This document shows positions 25,421-34,296 of a stretch of DNA of 34,847 nt, in pieces. Within the stretch, counting starts at the first letter, position 1. Every line of letters starts with the position of its first letter. The DNA comes from an uncultured Nitrospina sp. (GTDB taxonomy: Bacteria; Nitrospinota; Nitrospinia; Nitrospinales; VA-1). The stretch spans positions 1 to 34,847 of the forward strand of contig CAZMBO010000001.1 in the NCBI GenBank assembly GCA_964564655.1, in the 5' to 3' direction. Position numbers and translations under genes: made by a program. The notes under the pieces were generated by a model. It did not search any database. It was not told the origin of the DNA and saw nothing but the letters and a program-made list of their open reading frames with translations.

Positions 25421-28135
25421 ATGCATAAGCAAGGTGTAGGGGACTTCCCCTTTTATTGTGGCATTAACTCGTTGTCTGAATTAGCAACTAAAGATGATAG
25501 ATGCGTAGTTTTGAATATTCTTGGTAAAGAAAGCTCAGGTGTTACCCCGGTTAGCCATGACTACTCAGGAGGGAATATTGTTTTTGGCACCGGTCCGGGA
25601 AAATCCGGCAAGAGTCTGACAACGAAGTCCGGTAAAATCCCAGTTTATAACTCTATTAAAGAGGGTATGGAGGCGGGGCATAAATTCAACACCGTTGTAA
25701 TCTATCTTCCCCCTTCGGGTGTGAAAGATGGGCTCGCCGAAGCCGTACGTGACAACCCGGACCTCACTAAGGCCATTATCCTTACTGAAAAAGTTTCGGT
25801 TAAAGATTCTAGAATCATGAGGGCAATTTGTCAGGCGAATAACGTTGATCTTTTTGGTGGCAATTGTCTTGGGTTGGCTGATGCCTGGAATCACGTCCGA
25901 CTGGGTGGAGCTCTGGGCGGAAACGCTCCTGAAGAATCACTCATTAAGGGTTCGGTTGCTTTGTTTTCCAACTCCGGCAACTTCACCACGACGATAGCCG
26001 TTTATCTTTCCACTGCAGGGTGGGGGACAACGACATCTGTTTCCAGCGGCAAAGACGTCTATATTCAGTACAGTGCAAAAGAATTTCTTTATGCGTTAGA
26101 TAACGACGATCGTTCAAAAGCCGCCGTACTATACAGTGAACCAGGCGGATACTATGAGTATGGGCTGAAGTCTGACAAGCCTATCATCGCTTGTGTTGTT
26201 GGGCGTTGGAAAGCACGATTGACTAAAGCTTGCGGCCATGCTGGATCTTTGTCGGGGTCTGGAGACGATGCTCTTGCTAAAGAACAATGGTTTATGGATT
26301 ATTTTGGAGTCGACGGAGTTTATACGCCAGAAAAACCAATCTTCTCGAAAAAGGGTGCCTTGGTTACCAACATTGCATATATTCCGGAAGCTTTGACCAA
26401 AGTCATGGAACTTAACAATTCTAAGCCGGATTTCGAGCCACGCGGCAGCCTTGATTTAAAGCCGTGGTTTGGCAATAACCAGGGTTTATCTCTACCTTCT
26501 GATCTGGATCTTTCTATTGTTGAAGCAGCCAATCCCTACAATGAACAGATCGAAGCTTTGGATAAAATGATAGGTGCCCAGCATCGACGCGAAACCTTGA
26601 AAGATGCGAGTGGTGCTTCGATGATGGATCCAAAAACTCAGGTGTCGAAAATTCACAACACTTCAATTCTTGATGCCTCTATGGCAACCTTTGAAGCTAA
26701 TCTAGTGTTCGCGCTTACACGGCAATACACTTGCGAATATGGTGAGAAGATCGCAAACATCGTCTTGAATATGTATGTGAATCAGTACAATCAGCCTACG
26801 ATGGCAGCGGCTCAAGCGGCACGAGATAACGGCAATTCTCCGAATACGGTGGTCTCCTCTGCGGTAGCGATTGTTGGGAAGAAAATGGTGCAAAAGGCAA
26901 TGGATGCTTCAAGTGCACTATTAGAGTTGTTTCAGTACACTAAACTCGACGGCCCAAAAGAGACATTCGATTATGCTGCCCAATTAAAAGAAGCAGATAA
27001 ATTTAAGGGTGCACTTTTAGCCGATGGCGAAGACCCTTGCGCTAGCAAATTAGCGGAATATCTAAATAAAGCCGGCGACTCCGTGTTTATTAAGTTTGTG
27101 CAAGACTTTGCAGCTGCTAACGGTGGAAAACTTTCTACCGATGCATTATTCGGTGCCGTTTGGGTTACTTTGGGTTGGGAAGCGTTGAGAGGCAAAAAGA
27201 TTTCCAAAGGCACGCTGATACGTCTTCCTTGGTATTCTCGCATCTATAGCACCATCGTTGGGGTTTCTGCTCCTTCCTCACGACACACGGAAGATAGTGT
27301 TGCCGGAGTTAAGCTAGAAGAGTTAATTCCTAACTATAGCTTTACAAAGACAGCGTTTGTTACTTTGTTGGGTCGTCAGCCTTCTGAGTCGGAGCTTTAT
27401 GAGTTTCAGGTTCTACTCGGCCTTATCATCACTAACGGACCGGGCACTATCTCTGCTCAAGGCGCTAAAGGTGCTGTCAGTGCAGATGGCCCCGAACAGC
27501 CTCAGCGAGTACAACTGAATAAAGGTTTTATCGGTTTTCTCACGCATACCGGGTTTGCCCATGGTGGAAATGGATTTGAAGCGGCAGCATTTCTTATGGA
27601 AAACTTCAAAGGTAAAGGGTTGAAAGACCCTTCTGATACCAATCATGGTCTGGATCTCGATGCTATGGCTCTAAAGGTTGCGAAGGAATATGCTGACTAT
27701 AAAAAGAAACAAAAAGCAATCGGTAACCTAGATTATGCCAAGTTGCCTTGTGTGAATCATCCCATATTCAAGGGCAAAGATGTGAATTACGACCCACGCG
27801 AAGTTTTCGTTAATGGCCTATTCAAGGAAAAAGGTATTAGTAACGTTTTCTTGGATTTTTATCATAGTCTCGTTCAGGGGTTGTTCGATGCGAAAGTTAG
27901 TAAGAATGTTTATTGTGTAAACATCGATGCAGTTATCGCCGTTATCCTTCTAAAAATTGTCTGGACAGATTTCAACGATGGTAAGATGAAAGAGGAAGAC
28001 ATCGAGTCTGCTAGTTTCGCAACCTTTCTGTTTGGTAGAATGATTGGTTGTGCGGCTGAAATCGATGATCATACCTCACGCGGCAAAAATATGGATACCC
28101 GAACCCCGGCGAGCAAATGTTCCTATGTAGGCTAA
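25421..28135 (+). CDS. aclA: ATP-citrate lyase large (alpha) subunit-like protein with an internal extra segment of about 300 residues
   Basis: 904 aa. CoA-binding/ligase N-part with the phosphohistidine loop KACGHAGSLSG (His273 at nt 26237-26239). The C-terminal citryl-CoA-lyase / citrate-synthase-homology module reads LLGLIITNGPGTISAQGAKGAVSADG...FAHGGNGFEAAAF...FGRMIGCAAEIDDH...SYVG, which resembles the ACLY C-terminus. Confidence 0.85.
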   Translation: MHKQGVGDFPFYCGINSLSELATKDDRCVVLNILGKESSGVTPVSHDYSGGNIVFGTGPGKSGKSLTTKSGKIPVYNSIKEGMEAGHKFNTVVIYLPPSGVKDGLAEAVRDNPDLTKAIILTEKVSVKDSRIMRAICQANNVDLFGGNCLGLADAWNHVRLGGALGGNAPEESLIKGSVALFSNSGNFTTTIAVYLSTAGWGTTTSVSSGKDVYIQYSAKEFLYALDNDDRSKAAVLYSEPGGYYEYGLKSDKPIIACVVGRWKARLTKACGHAGSLSGSGDDALAKEQWFMDYFGVDGVYTPEKPIFSKKGALVTNIAYIPEALTKVMELNNSKPDFEPRGSLDLKPWFGNNQGLSLPSDLDLSIVEAANPYNEQIEALDKMIGAQHRRETLKDASGASMMDPKTQVSKIHNTSILDASMATFEANLVFALTRQYTCEYGEKIANIVLNMYVNQYNQPTMAAAQAARDNGNSPNTVVSSAVAIVGKKMVQKAMDASSALLELFQYTKLDGPKETFDYAAQLKEADKFKGALLADGEDPCASKLAEYLNKAGDSVFIKFVQDFAAANGGKLSTDALFGAVWVTLGWEALRGKKISKGTLIRLPWYSRIYSTIVGVSAPSSRHTEDSVAGVKLEELIPNYSFTKTAFVTLLGRQPSESELYEFQVLLGLIITNGPGTISAQGAKGAVSADGPEQPQRVQLNKGFIGFLTHTGFAHGGNGFEAAAFLMENFKGKGLKDPSDTNHGLDLDAMALKVAKEYADYKKKQKAIGNLDYAKLPCVNHPIFKGKDVNYDPREVFVNGLFKEKGISNVFLDFYHSLVQGLFDAKVSKNVYCVNIDAVIAVILLKIVWTDFNDGKMKEEDIESASFATFLFGRMIGCAAEIDDHTSRGKNMDTRTPASKCSYVG

Positions 28136-28197
28136 CCGGACTACGCTTGATGGGAACCGGACAGATCAATAAATCAGGTTTAATATGGAAGTTTGAA

Positions 28198-28237
28198 AGG
28201 GCCTTTACTCTTTAGAGTAAGGGCCTTTTGTATTTTT
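28198..28237 (+). terminator. Rho-independent terminator of the ACL operon
   Basis: AGGGCCTTTACTC-tta-GAGTAAGGGCCTT gives a stem of about 13 bp (two G-U pairs) with a 4-nt loop, followed by TTTTGTATTTTT. Confidence 0.72.
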
Positions 28238-28243
28238 ACCAGC

Positions 28244-28262
28244 CTTTGTTCTTAGAACAAAG
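28244..28262. promoter_or_regulatory. 19-bp palindrome CTTTGTTC-tta-GAACAAAG between the ACL terminator and the next ORF
   Basis: Read directly. It has 8-bp arms and a 3-nt spacer, and lies 34 nt upstream of the GTG at 28296. Confidence 0.3.
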
Positions 28263-28295
28263 AAAAACTAAGTTAATTCTTACCAGAGGTGTTTT

Positions 28296-29051
28296 GTGCA
28301 ATGTCAGGAAGGTTTGTTGAAAGCCCCTTATCATTATTCACTGATTCAAAAATATATTTTTGACGATTTACCCTTGATCGCCATGAATGTGGCTCGTATT
28401 GGTGCTCAGACGCCAGGAATAGCTTATGAAATCGCTGATGGCGAAAAGCATTTCGTGACGATTGGGTTTGGTCCCATGAACTGGTTACTCATTACGCCGG
28501 ATGTCCCAGCATCAGGTGGATTTAGTGTGTTCGACGAAATAGCTGTAGGGGATGAAGAAATGCCCGAGTCTGAAGGAGATATGTTGCTATATTTTTCATC
28601 CGGACATCCGAAGCTAAACCGTGAGTTAGCAAAAAGGGTTCAAGAACTATTTGGCGATAAAGCCGAGTTGATTGAGGATGTTGAAGTCGAGGGTGGTGAG
28701 CATTCCAACCTTGCAGAAGTAAAGAAGCAGGTCTTGATCGAAGACCGCAATTTCCTCGATCAGGCACAAAGTAGCTTTTTAAGCACGCATCGATTTTCTT
28801 CCATGGATGAAACGACTACCGATCTGCCGCAGCACCGTTATAATTATAAAACGGATAATGAGTCCGGCGACTATGTTTTGACCTTTGATAAAAACCCGTC
28901 AACACTGGAAGAACATAGCGAATCCTTAACTCAACCTGCAAAATCCCGTGGCCTGTTTTTTATCCCGTCTCTGGAATTATTGACTAGTTTGAGAATGGGA
29001 GGCATTCGCATGGGTTCTCTCGCTATCAACGCCCGTTGGAAAGGATACTGA
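28296..29051 (+). CDS. Uncharacterised acidic soluble protein
   Basis: 251 aa. GTG start preceded by AGAGG. No signal peptide, TM helix or recognised motif. Confidence 0.52.
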   Translation: MQCQEGLLKAPYHYSLIQKYIFDDLPLIAMNVARIGAQTPGIAYEIADGEKHFVTIGFGPMNWLLITPDVPASGGFSVFDEIAVGDEEMPESEGDMLLYFSSGHPKLNRELAKRVQELFGDKAELIEDVEVEGGEHSNLAEVKKQVLIEDRNFLDQAQSSFLSTHRFSSMDETTTDLPQHRYNYKTDNESGDYVLTFDKNPSTLEEHSESLTQPAKSRGLFFIPSLELLTSLRMGGIRMGSLAINARWKGY

Positions 29052-29107
29052 CGTGATTGGTAACAGGTAGTTAAAAATAATAATTTTAGCTCTAGGAGTT
29101 AAATTTT

Positions 29108-29911
29108 ATGAAAAGAATATTCGTATTTACTGTCATTGCTTTATTAGCTTTATTAAGTTTAGTGGCTTTGGCAAATGCAGGGGTGCAAACGAAAGAGATT
29201 GAATACAGCCATAATGGTGTAAAACTAACTGGTTACTTGGCTTTTAACGACTCCAAAGTAGGCAAACGCCCTGGTATTCTGGTGGTGCATGAGTGGTGGG
29301 GCCATAATGACCATGCCCGCAATCGCGCTATAATGCTGGCTAAATCCGGATATACTGCATTAGCCTTGGATATGTATGGGGATGGAAAACTGGCGAATCA
29401 CCCAAAGAAAGCTGGTGAACTTATGAATCTAACTTTTAGTAATTGGTTGGATTCTCAAGAGCGATACAATAAGGCGTTGGAAGTTTTGAAGGCTCATAAA
29501 ACAGTTGATGCCGCTCGCATCGGTTCTATTGGGTTTTGTTTTGGCGGTGCGGTCTCAATCAAAATGGCTAGAGGCGGTGCAGACTTAAAAGGGATAGTTG
29601 CTTTTCACAGCGCATTACCTGTCGAACCTGCGATAACTAAGAACTCCATGAAGTCAGCAGTTCTTGTTATTAATGGGTCTGAGGATGATTTTTTGAAGCC
29701 TGAAGCGGTTGCTTCTTTCTCGCAAGATATGTTCAAGGGGAATGTCGACTTTACCTATATGAGCCTGAAGGGGGTTAAGCACAGTTTCACCAATCCTCAG
29801 GCCGATGAGTTTAGCGAAAAATTTAATATCGCGGCTCTTCAATACAACAAAAAGGCGGATGAACAATCCTGGATATTTATGCTTAACTTTTTTAAACGCG
29901 TATTTAATTAG
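29108..29911 (+). CDS. Secreted dienelactone hydrolase family protein
   Basis: 267 aa with a signal peptide (VIALLALLSLVALANA). GILVVHEWWGHNDH, the nucleophile elbow GFCFGG, and C-terminal VKHSF (His). Confidence 0.85.
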   Translation: MKRIFVFTVIALLALLSLVALANAGVQTKEIEYSHNGVKLTGYLAFNDSKVGKRPGILVVHEWWGHNDHARNRAIMLAKSGYTALALDMYGDGKLANHPKKAGELMNLTFSNWLDSQERYNKALEVLKAHKTVDAARIGSIGFCFGGAVSIKMARGGADLKGIVAFHSALPVEPAITKNSMKSAVLVINGSEDDFLKPEAVASFSQDMFKGNVDFTYMSLKGVKHSFTNPQADEFSEKFNIAALQYNKKADEQSWIFMLNFFKRVFN

Positions 29912-29987
29912 TTAGGCAAATTAGAAAAATTAATAACATTTTTATAATTTGGCAATCATTATAACCGTTTGAAAGCTAGTAATGATT

Positions 29988-31022
29988 TTATTTGACGGGT
30001 ACTGCCCGTGCGCTTGGAGCGGTGTGCCTACTATAGATGTGGTCTGCGATGGCATCTAAATATGCGATGTATTTTGGCTCTGGAAATTCGGCTTTTCTAA
30101 GGTGTGATTTTGCCCGGTCGATGTAGTAGCGGGCAAAGTTAAGCGTGTAGTCTATAGACTTATGTTTGTGCATATGCTTGACGATATATTGTACTTCGTC
30201 AGGTCCGATGTTCTCGTTTTTAATGAATCCTTCGATTTCTTTTTTTAGTTCGCAGTCGGCGTTATGATAAAGGTGATGCAGTGGAAGTGTTACATGACCT
30301 TCCTTGAAATCGGTTCCAGTCGGTTTGCCTAACACCTTTTCATCGGCATCGTAGTCCAGTGCATCGTCCATTAACTGAAATGCCATGCCAAAGTCATCTC
30401 CAAAAGAAATGATTGCGGTTTCTTGCTGTTCTGTGGCGCCAGCTAGCAGTCCACCTAACCTCGCGCTTACTGAAAGAATGGACGCGGTTTTACGGTATAT
30501 TACATCAAGGATATGTTTTTCAGTTACATTGATCTTGCGGGCTTCAGCATATTCAAGGATGCCTCCTTCGACCAGAATTTTTGTGGCTTCTGTGATGGCT
30601 TGGATGATTTTTCTTTCACAGTCATCTGCTAGGATGAGAATAGCACGTGAGATTAAAAAGTCGCCAACTAGTATGCTGGCATCGGAGCCCCATTTTGCGT
30701 TGACGGTCTCTTTGCCACGTCTTACTGTAGTTTCATCTACTACATCATCGTGTAAAAGGGTTGCTGCATGAAGGTATTCGACAACGCAGCCATGTTTGAC
30801 AACAGTTTCATCTGCATCGCGACCACATAGTTTGGCTGTCAGAAGGGTCAGCATGGGGCGAATGCGTTTGCCGCCACAGCTCATTAAATAGGAACTGATT
30901 CCAGGAATAAGTGGAATGTCAGATTTATAGTTTTCGTTAATGGCTTGTTCAACTTTGGAGAGGTCGTTTGCTAAGCCCTGTGTAACGTCTATGAAATCCA
31001 TATCTACTCTTGTTGGATGCAC
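29988..31022 (-). CDS. Long-chain trans-polyprenyl diphosphate synthase (IspB / heptaprenyl-octaprenyl type; chain length not determinable)
   Basis: 344 aa. First Asp-rich motif LLHDDVVDET, second FQLMDDALDY, and KRIRPML. The codon at 31022 is GTG; an alternative ATG (MDFIDV) lies at 31001. Confidence 0.88.
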   Translation of the reverse strand: MHPTRVDMDFIDVTQGLANDLSKVEQAINENYKSDIPLIPGISSYLMSCGGKRIRPMLTLLTAKLCGRDADETVVKHGCVVEYLHAATLLHDDVVDETTVRRGKETVNAKWGSDASILVGDFLISRAILILADDCERKIIQAITEATKILVEGGILEYAEARKINVTEKHILDVIYRKTASILSVSARLGGLLAGATEQQETAIISFGDDFGMAFQLMDDALDYDADEKVLGKPTGTDFKEGHVTLPLHHLYHNADCELKKEIEGFIKNENIGPDEVQYIVKHMHKHKSIDYTLNFARYYIDRAKSHLRKAEFPEPKYIAYLDAIADHIYSRHTAPSARAVPVK

Positions 31023-31362
31023 TTATAGTGAAGGCGCCGATTTTATGATGCTACAATAATACAATCTATTTAACCTTAAAACTTTATATGCTTACTTAAG
31101 TTTTAGACCCTGTCCGGCGCGAAACTTATTCTCTCAGTTACCAGGTTGTTTTTATGCTCGGTATTAATTCGAAAGTCCCTAGTTTTATGAGAAATTTTGG
31201 AGTTTGTCAAGGTATTTGTAGCTTGTTTGAGATTGCGATATGATTGGAATTTAATGCTTTAAATTACACTTAGGATGTTGAGCTTTAGGGCCGAAAACTC
31301 CTGTTTTAAAACCTGAAACCCAAGCTTAATCAGGTAAATTTTATTTAAGAAATATTTAGAGT

Positions 31363-32214
31363 ATGAGCCCACCTTTGGTTTCGGTAATTATTCCAACTTT
31401 TAACAGAGCCTACTGTGTTGCTGAAAGCATTCGCTCCGTTTTAGCGCAGAGTGAATTGGAAATAATTGTTGTAAATGACGGTTCTACGGATGAAACAGTT
31501 AAAGAACTTGCAAGTTTTCCTACCATTCAGGTAATAAATTTAGCTGAGAATCATGGAGTTTCTTATGCCAGAAATAAGGGTCTTGAGCAGGCACGGGGAT
31601 CATTGATTTGCTTTTTGGACTCAGATGATTTATGGGAAGAGGGCAAAATAAAAGCTCAAGTCCAATGGATGCAGGGCCACCCAGAGTGTAAGGCAGTCTA
31701 TACAGATGAGTTATGGATTCGTAATGGAGTTCGTGTTAATCCCATGAACAAGCATCAGAAATTTTCCGGAGATATTTTTAGGCAATGTTTACCTTTATGT
31801 ATAGTGAGTCCATCTTCAGTTATGTTACGTAAATCGGTTTTGGATGAAGTGGGTGGGTTTGATGAGTTAATGTCTGTATGTGAGGATTATGATCTTTGGT
31901 TGAGAATTGCAGTGCGCTACCCTTTTAAGTTTTTAAGAGAAAAATTGATTGTTAAGCGTGGCGGACATGAAGATCAGTTGTCGCGGAAATACTGGGGAAT
32001 GGATCGATGGCGAATTTATGCTCTTGACAAGCTTTTACGTGGTGACGATTTAAACATGCAGCAGCGGGAGTGGGTTACCGAAATGCTGATTAAAAAAAGC
32101 AGTATTTTGATTCAGGGTTTTGAAAAAAGAGGTAAAACTGAAGAAGCTAGGGTTTATAAGAATCTTGTGTTTCATTATTCAAAGAAGGTCGATTCGGCAA
32201 CTTCAAAATTATGA
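31363..32214 (+). CDS. Family 2 glycosyltransferase
   Basis: 283 aa. VSVIIPTFNR...VVNDGSTDET, FLDSDD (DxD), and CEDYDLWLR. Confidence 0.85.
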   Translation: MSPPLVSVIIPTFNRAYCVAESIRSVLAQSELEIIVVNDGSTDETVKELASFPTIQVINLAENHGVSYARNKGLEQARGSLICFLDSDDLWEEGKIKAQVQWMQGHPECKAVYTDELWIRNGVRVNPMNKHQKFSGDIFRQCLPLCIVSPSSVMLRKSVLDEVGGFDELMSVCEDYDLWLRIAVRYPFKFLREKLIVKRGGHEDQLSRKYWGMDRWRIYALDKLLRGDDLNMQQREWVTEMLIKKSSILIQGFEKRGKTEEARVYKNLVFHYSKKVDSATSKL

Positions 32215-33332
32215 TGAGAAAGTTGATTTATATAGTGGCGTTTGTCTTCTTGGGTCTTCAGGGTTTTACTGATGCAGATTCTAAGACGGAAGGGATTTTG
32301 CAAAAGCTTCGTGAAGACTGTCAGGTATTATTAATAGAAACTTATAAAAACGAGAATTCCTTTGTGCGAGCAGCTGTGATGCGTGCGGCGGGGGAGTCTC
32401 ATGATCCTAAACTGATCCCTCTCCTTAATAGAGGGATTCGTGATTATTATCCTACAGCGCGATTGTTTGCTTTGCAGGGATTAAAAGAAATCTCATCCAC
32501 AGCTGCCCTTGCTGCAGCTCGCAAGCTCACAGAAGATCCGGACATATGGGTACGGAGTTCTGCGGTGGAAATGTTAGGGGATGAAGGTGGCTTAGAAATG
32601 GTGGAAGAAATCCGCGGCTATCTTAAATCGTATGATGTGCCGATGAAGTTGGCGGCTTCTGCGGGACTGGTCAAACTTGGGGAAATTGAATATATAGAAG
32701 AAGTGTTGAACCCATTGACGCATCCGATTCCTGATCGGCGCTATCAGGCTATCGGGCATCTTGGCAAGATAGGGGGTAAGAAAGTATTACCTCATTTGAT
32801 TAAATTATTCGATCATTCTGAGCCAGAGATGATTTATTATAGCTTAAAAGCCTTAGAAGGTAAGGCAACTCCGGAAATGTTACCGAAACTGAGAGAACTG
32901 GTAAAACATTCCAACTCTTCTATTCGCCAGGCGGCCGCCATGGCCATGGGTAATTTAAACAACGCAGAAGCTGATTTAATTCCACTATGCGCGGATGAAG
33001 ATGGCTTGACTAAACTATCTGCAGCGGTAGCGCTATATCGGATCGGCTCTGACGCTTGCCAAGTGGTATTTGAGGAGTTGTTGAGCCATCAAGACTTTAA
33101 GGTGCGGAGCTCGATGGCCCGAGTATTGGGGAAGACAGCCATCCCCAAAAGGTTGCAGATATTGACAACGGCATTGCGAGACTCTCATTCCCGTGTTCGT
33201 ACGGCAGCGGTAAGAGGTGTGGGAATGATGGGTGGCCCCGAAGCATTTCCTTTATTAGTGAAAATGTTAGAAGATCGGAAAGAAGCTATCCGCGCCTATG
33301 CGGCGGGAAACCTAATCCGCTTGCTGGAATGA
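32211..33332 (+). CDS. Secreted HEAT-repeat (PBS-lyase HEAT-like) protein
   Basis: 373 aa with a signal peptide (LIYIVAFVFLGLQGFTDA). It has repeated xxVRxxAxxALGxxG units, for example IWVRSSAVEMLGDEG, SIRQAAAMAMGNL and SRVRTAAVRGVGMMG. An ATGA start/stop overlap couples it to the upstream GT2 gene. Confidence 0.8.
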   Translation: MMRKLIYIVAFVFLGLQGFTDADSKTEGILQKLREDCQVLLIETYKNENSFVRAAVMRAAGESHDPKLIPLLNRGIRDYYPTARLFALQGLKEISSTAALAAARKLTEDPDIWVRSSAVEMLGDEGGLEMVEEIRGYLKSYDVPMKLAASAGLVKLGEIEYIEEVLNPLTHPIPDRRYQAIGHLGKIGGKKVLPHLIKLFDHSEPEMIYYSLKALEGKATPEMLPKLRELVKHSNSSIRQAAAMAMGNLNNAEADLIPLCADEDGLTKLSAAVALYRIGSDACQVVFEELLSHQDFKVRSSMARVLGKTAIPKRLQILTTALRDSHSRVRTAAVRGVGMMGGPEAFPLLVKMLEDRKEAIRAYAAGNLIRLLE

Positions 33333-34115
33333 TTATCCCAAGCGGACTTCTCCGGAATCGAAAGCTGTTTCTTCTCCTGCTTCATTGGCAATGACCAGTC
33401 TTCCTAGATTATCTAATCGAATGGCTTTCCCCGTAATGCTTTGACTGCTCTTTTTGAGGGTAATGGTTTTTCCGAATAGATCGGTATGACGAGTCCAATT
33501 TTTAATGAGCATTTCCACCGTATATTTTTTTAGTTCACTATACTGAAAATCCAATTGGGTTATTAACTGTTTGATTAATGCTGTGCGGTTTATTTCCTCC
33601 CCAGTTTCTAGCTTAAGTGAAGTAGCGATTTCTTTGATGTCGATGGGGAATTCAGTCTGGTTAACATTGATGCCGATGCCAATAATTACCGCAGGAATTT
33701 TTACGGGATAGTATTCACATAAAACACCGGCAATTTTTTTTCCATTAAGTAGAAGATCATTAGGCCATTTCAGTCGGACGCGGTTCGAAGTAAACTTATT
33801 TACCGCTATAGCAGTTGCAAGGCCTGCCATTAACGTAAGAATTGGCAATTGTTCGGGAGGAAGATTGGGTCTAATCAAAGTCGAGATATATACTCCAGTT
33901 CCAGGAGCTGAATACCAGGTTCTTCCCAATCGGCCTTTTCCGCCTGTTTGACTGTCCGCCAAGACTATTAGCCCTTGTTCAGGAGGATGATCTGCTAGCC
34001 TGCGGCTTATTTCCGCATTGGTGGAGTCGGTTTCAGCAAGAAATCGCCACTGCCTTCTAGTTTGTGAGGGCATATTTTGTAGAGCAGAAAGGTCAATGTC
34101 TCGTGAATTAGACAA
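33333..34115 (-). CDS. birA: Biotin-[acetyl-CoA-carboxylase] ligase, group I (no N-terminal HTH domain)
   Basis: 260 aa. ETDSTNAE, the biotin-binding loop QTGGKGRLGRTW, KWPNDLLLNGKKIAGVL, and a C-terminal SH3-like tail. TTG start preceded by AAGGA. Confidence 0.88.
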   Translation of the reverse strand: MSNSRDIDLSALQNMPSQTRRQWRFLAETDSTNAEISRRLADHPPEQGLIVLADSQTGGKGRLGRTWYSAPGTGVYISTLIRPNLPPEQLPILTLMAGLATAIAVNKFTSNRVRLKWPNDLLLNGKKIAGVLCEYYPVKIPAVIIGIGINVNQTEFPIDIKEIATSLKLETGEEINRTALIKQLITQLDFQYSELKKYTVEMLIKNWTRHTDLFGKTITLKKSSQSITGKAIRLDNLGRLVIANEAGEETAFDSGEVRLG

Positions 34116-34296
34116 ATTTAAATCCTTTTATTTAGAATACTAGGCCCAGCAAGGGCTGATATTTCCTATTGTAAGAGGAAATTCTTAAAAAATGATTGAA
34201 TTATTGTAAAAAAATTGATAAAAAGCGTACTTCAAAGTGGTTCCAGCTCAGCAAAACACTGCTTGGAATCAAAACTTTTTGAGAGGAGAAAGCTGG

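Noticed and set aside
31104-31111. A second copy of the half-site TAGACCCT from the ACL leader palindrome.
   Set aside because: It is a single 8-mer with no inverted partner. About one such occurrence is expected by chance in 35 kb counting both strands.
31023-31362. The 340-nt divergent intergenic region, examined for a tRNA, sRNA or small ORF. One candidate is the 29-codon frame MLGINSKVPSFMRNFGVCQGICSLFEIAI.
   Set aside because: I could find no cloverleaf, strong hairpin-plus-T-tract or ribosome-binding site. It most likely holds the two divergent promoters. An sRNA cannot be excluded without expression data.
34237-34296. The N-terminal 20 residues of the 62-aa ORF (MVPAQQNTAWNQNFLRGESW).
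   Set aside because: The codon at 34237 is GTG without a Shine-Dalgarno sequence. The internal ATG at 34297 has AGGAGA upstream and begins a textbook signal peptide.
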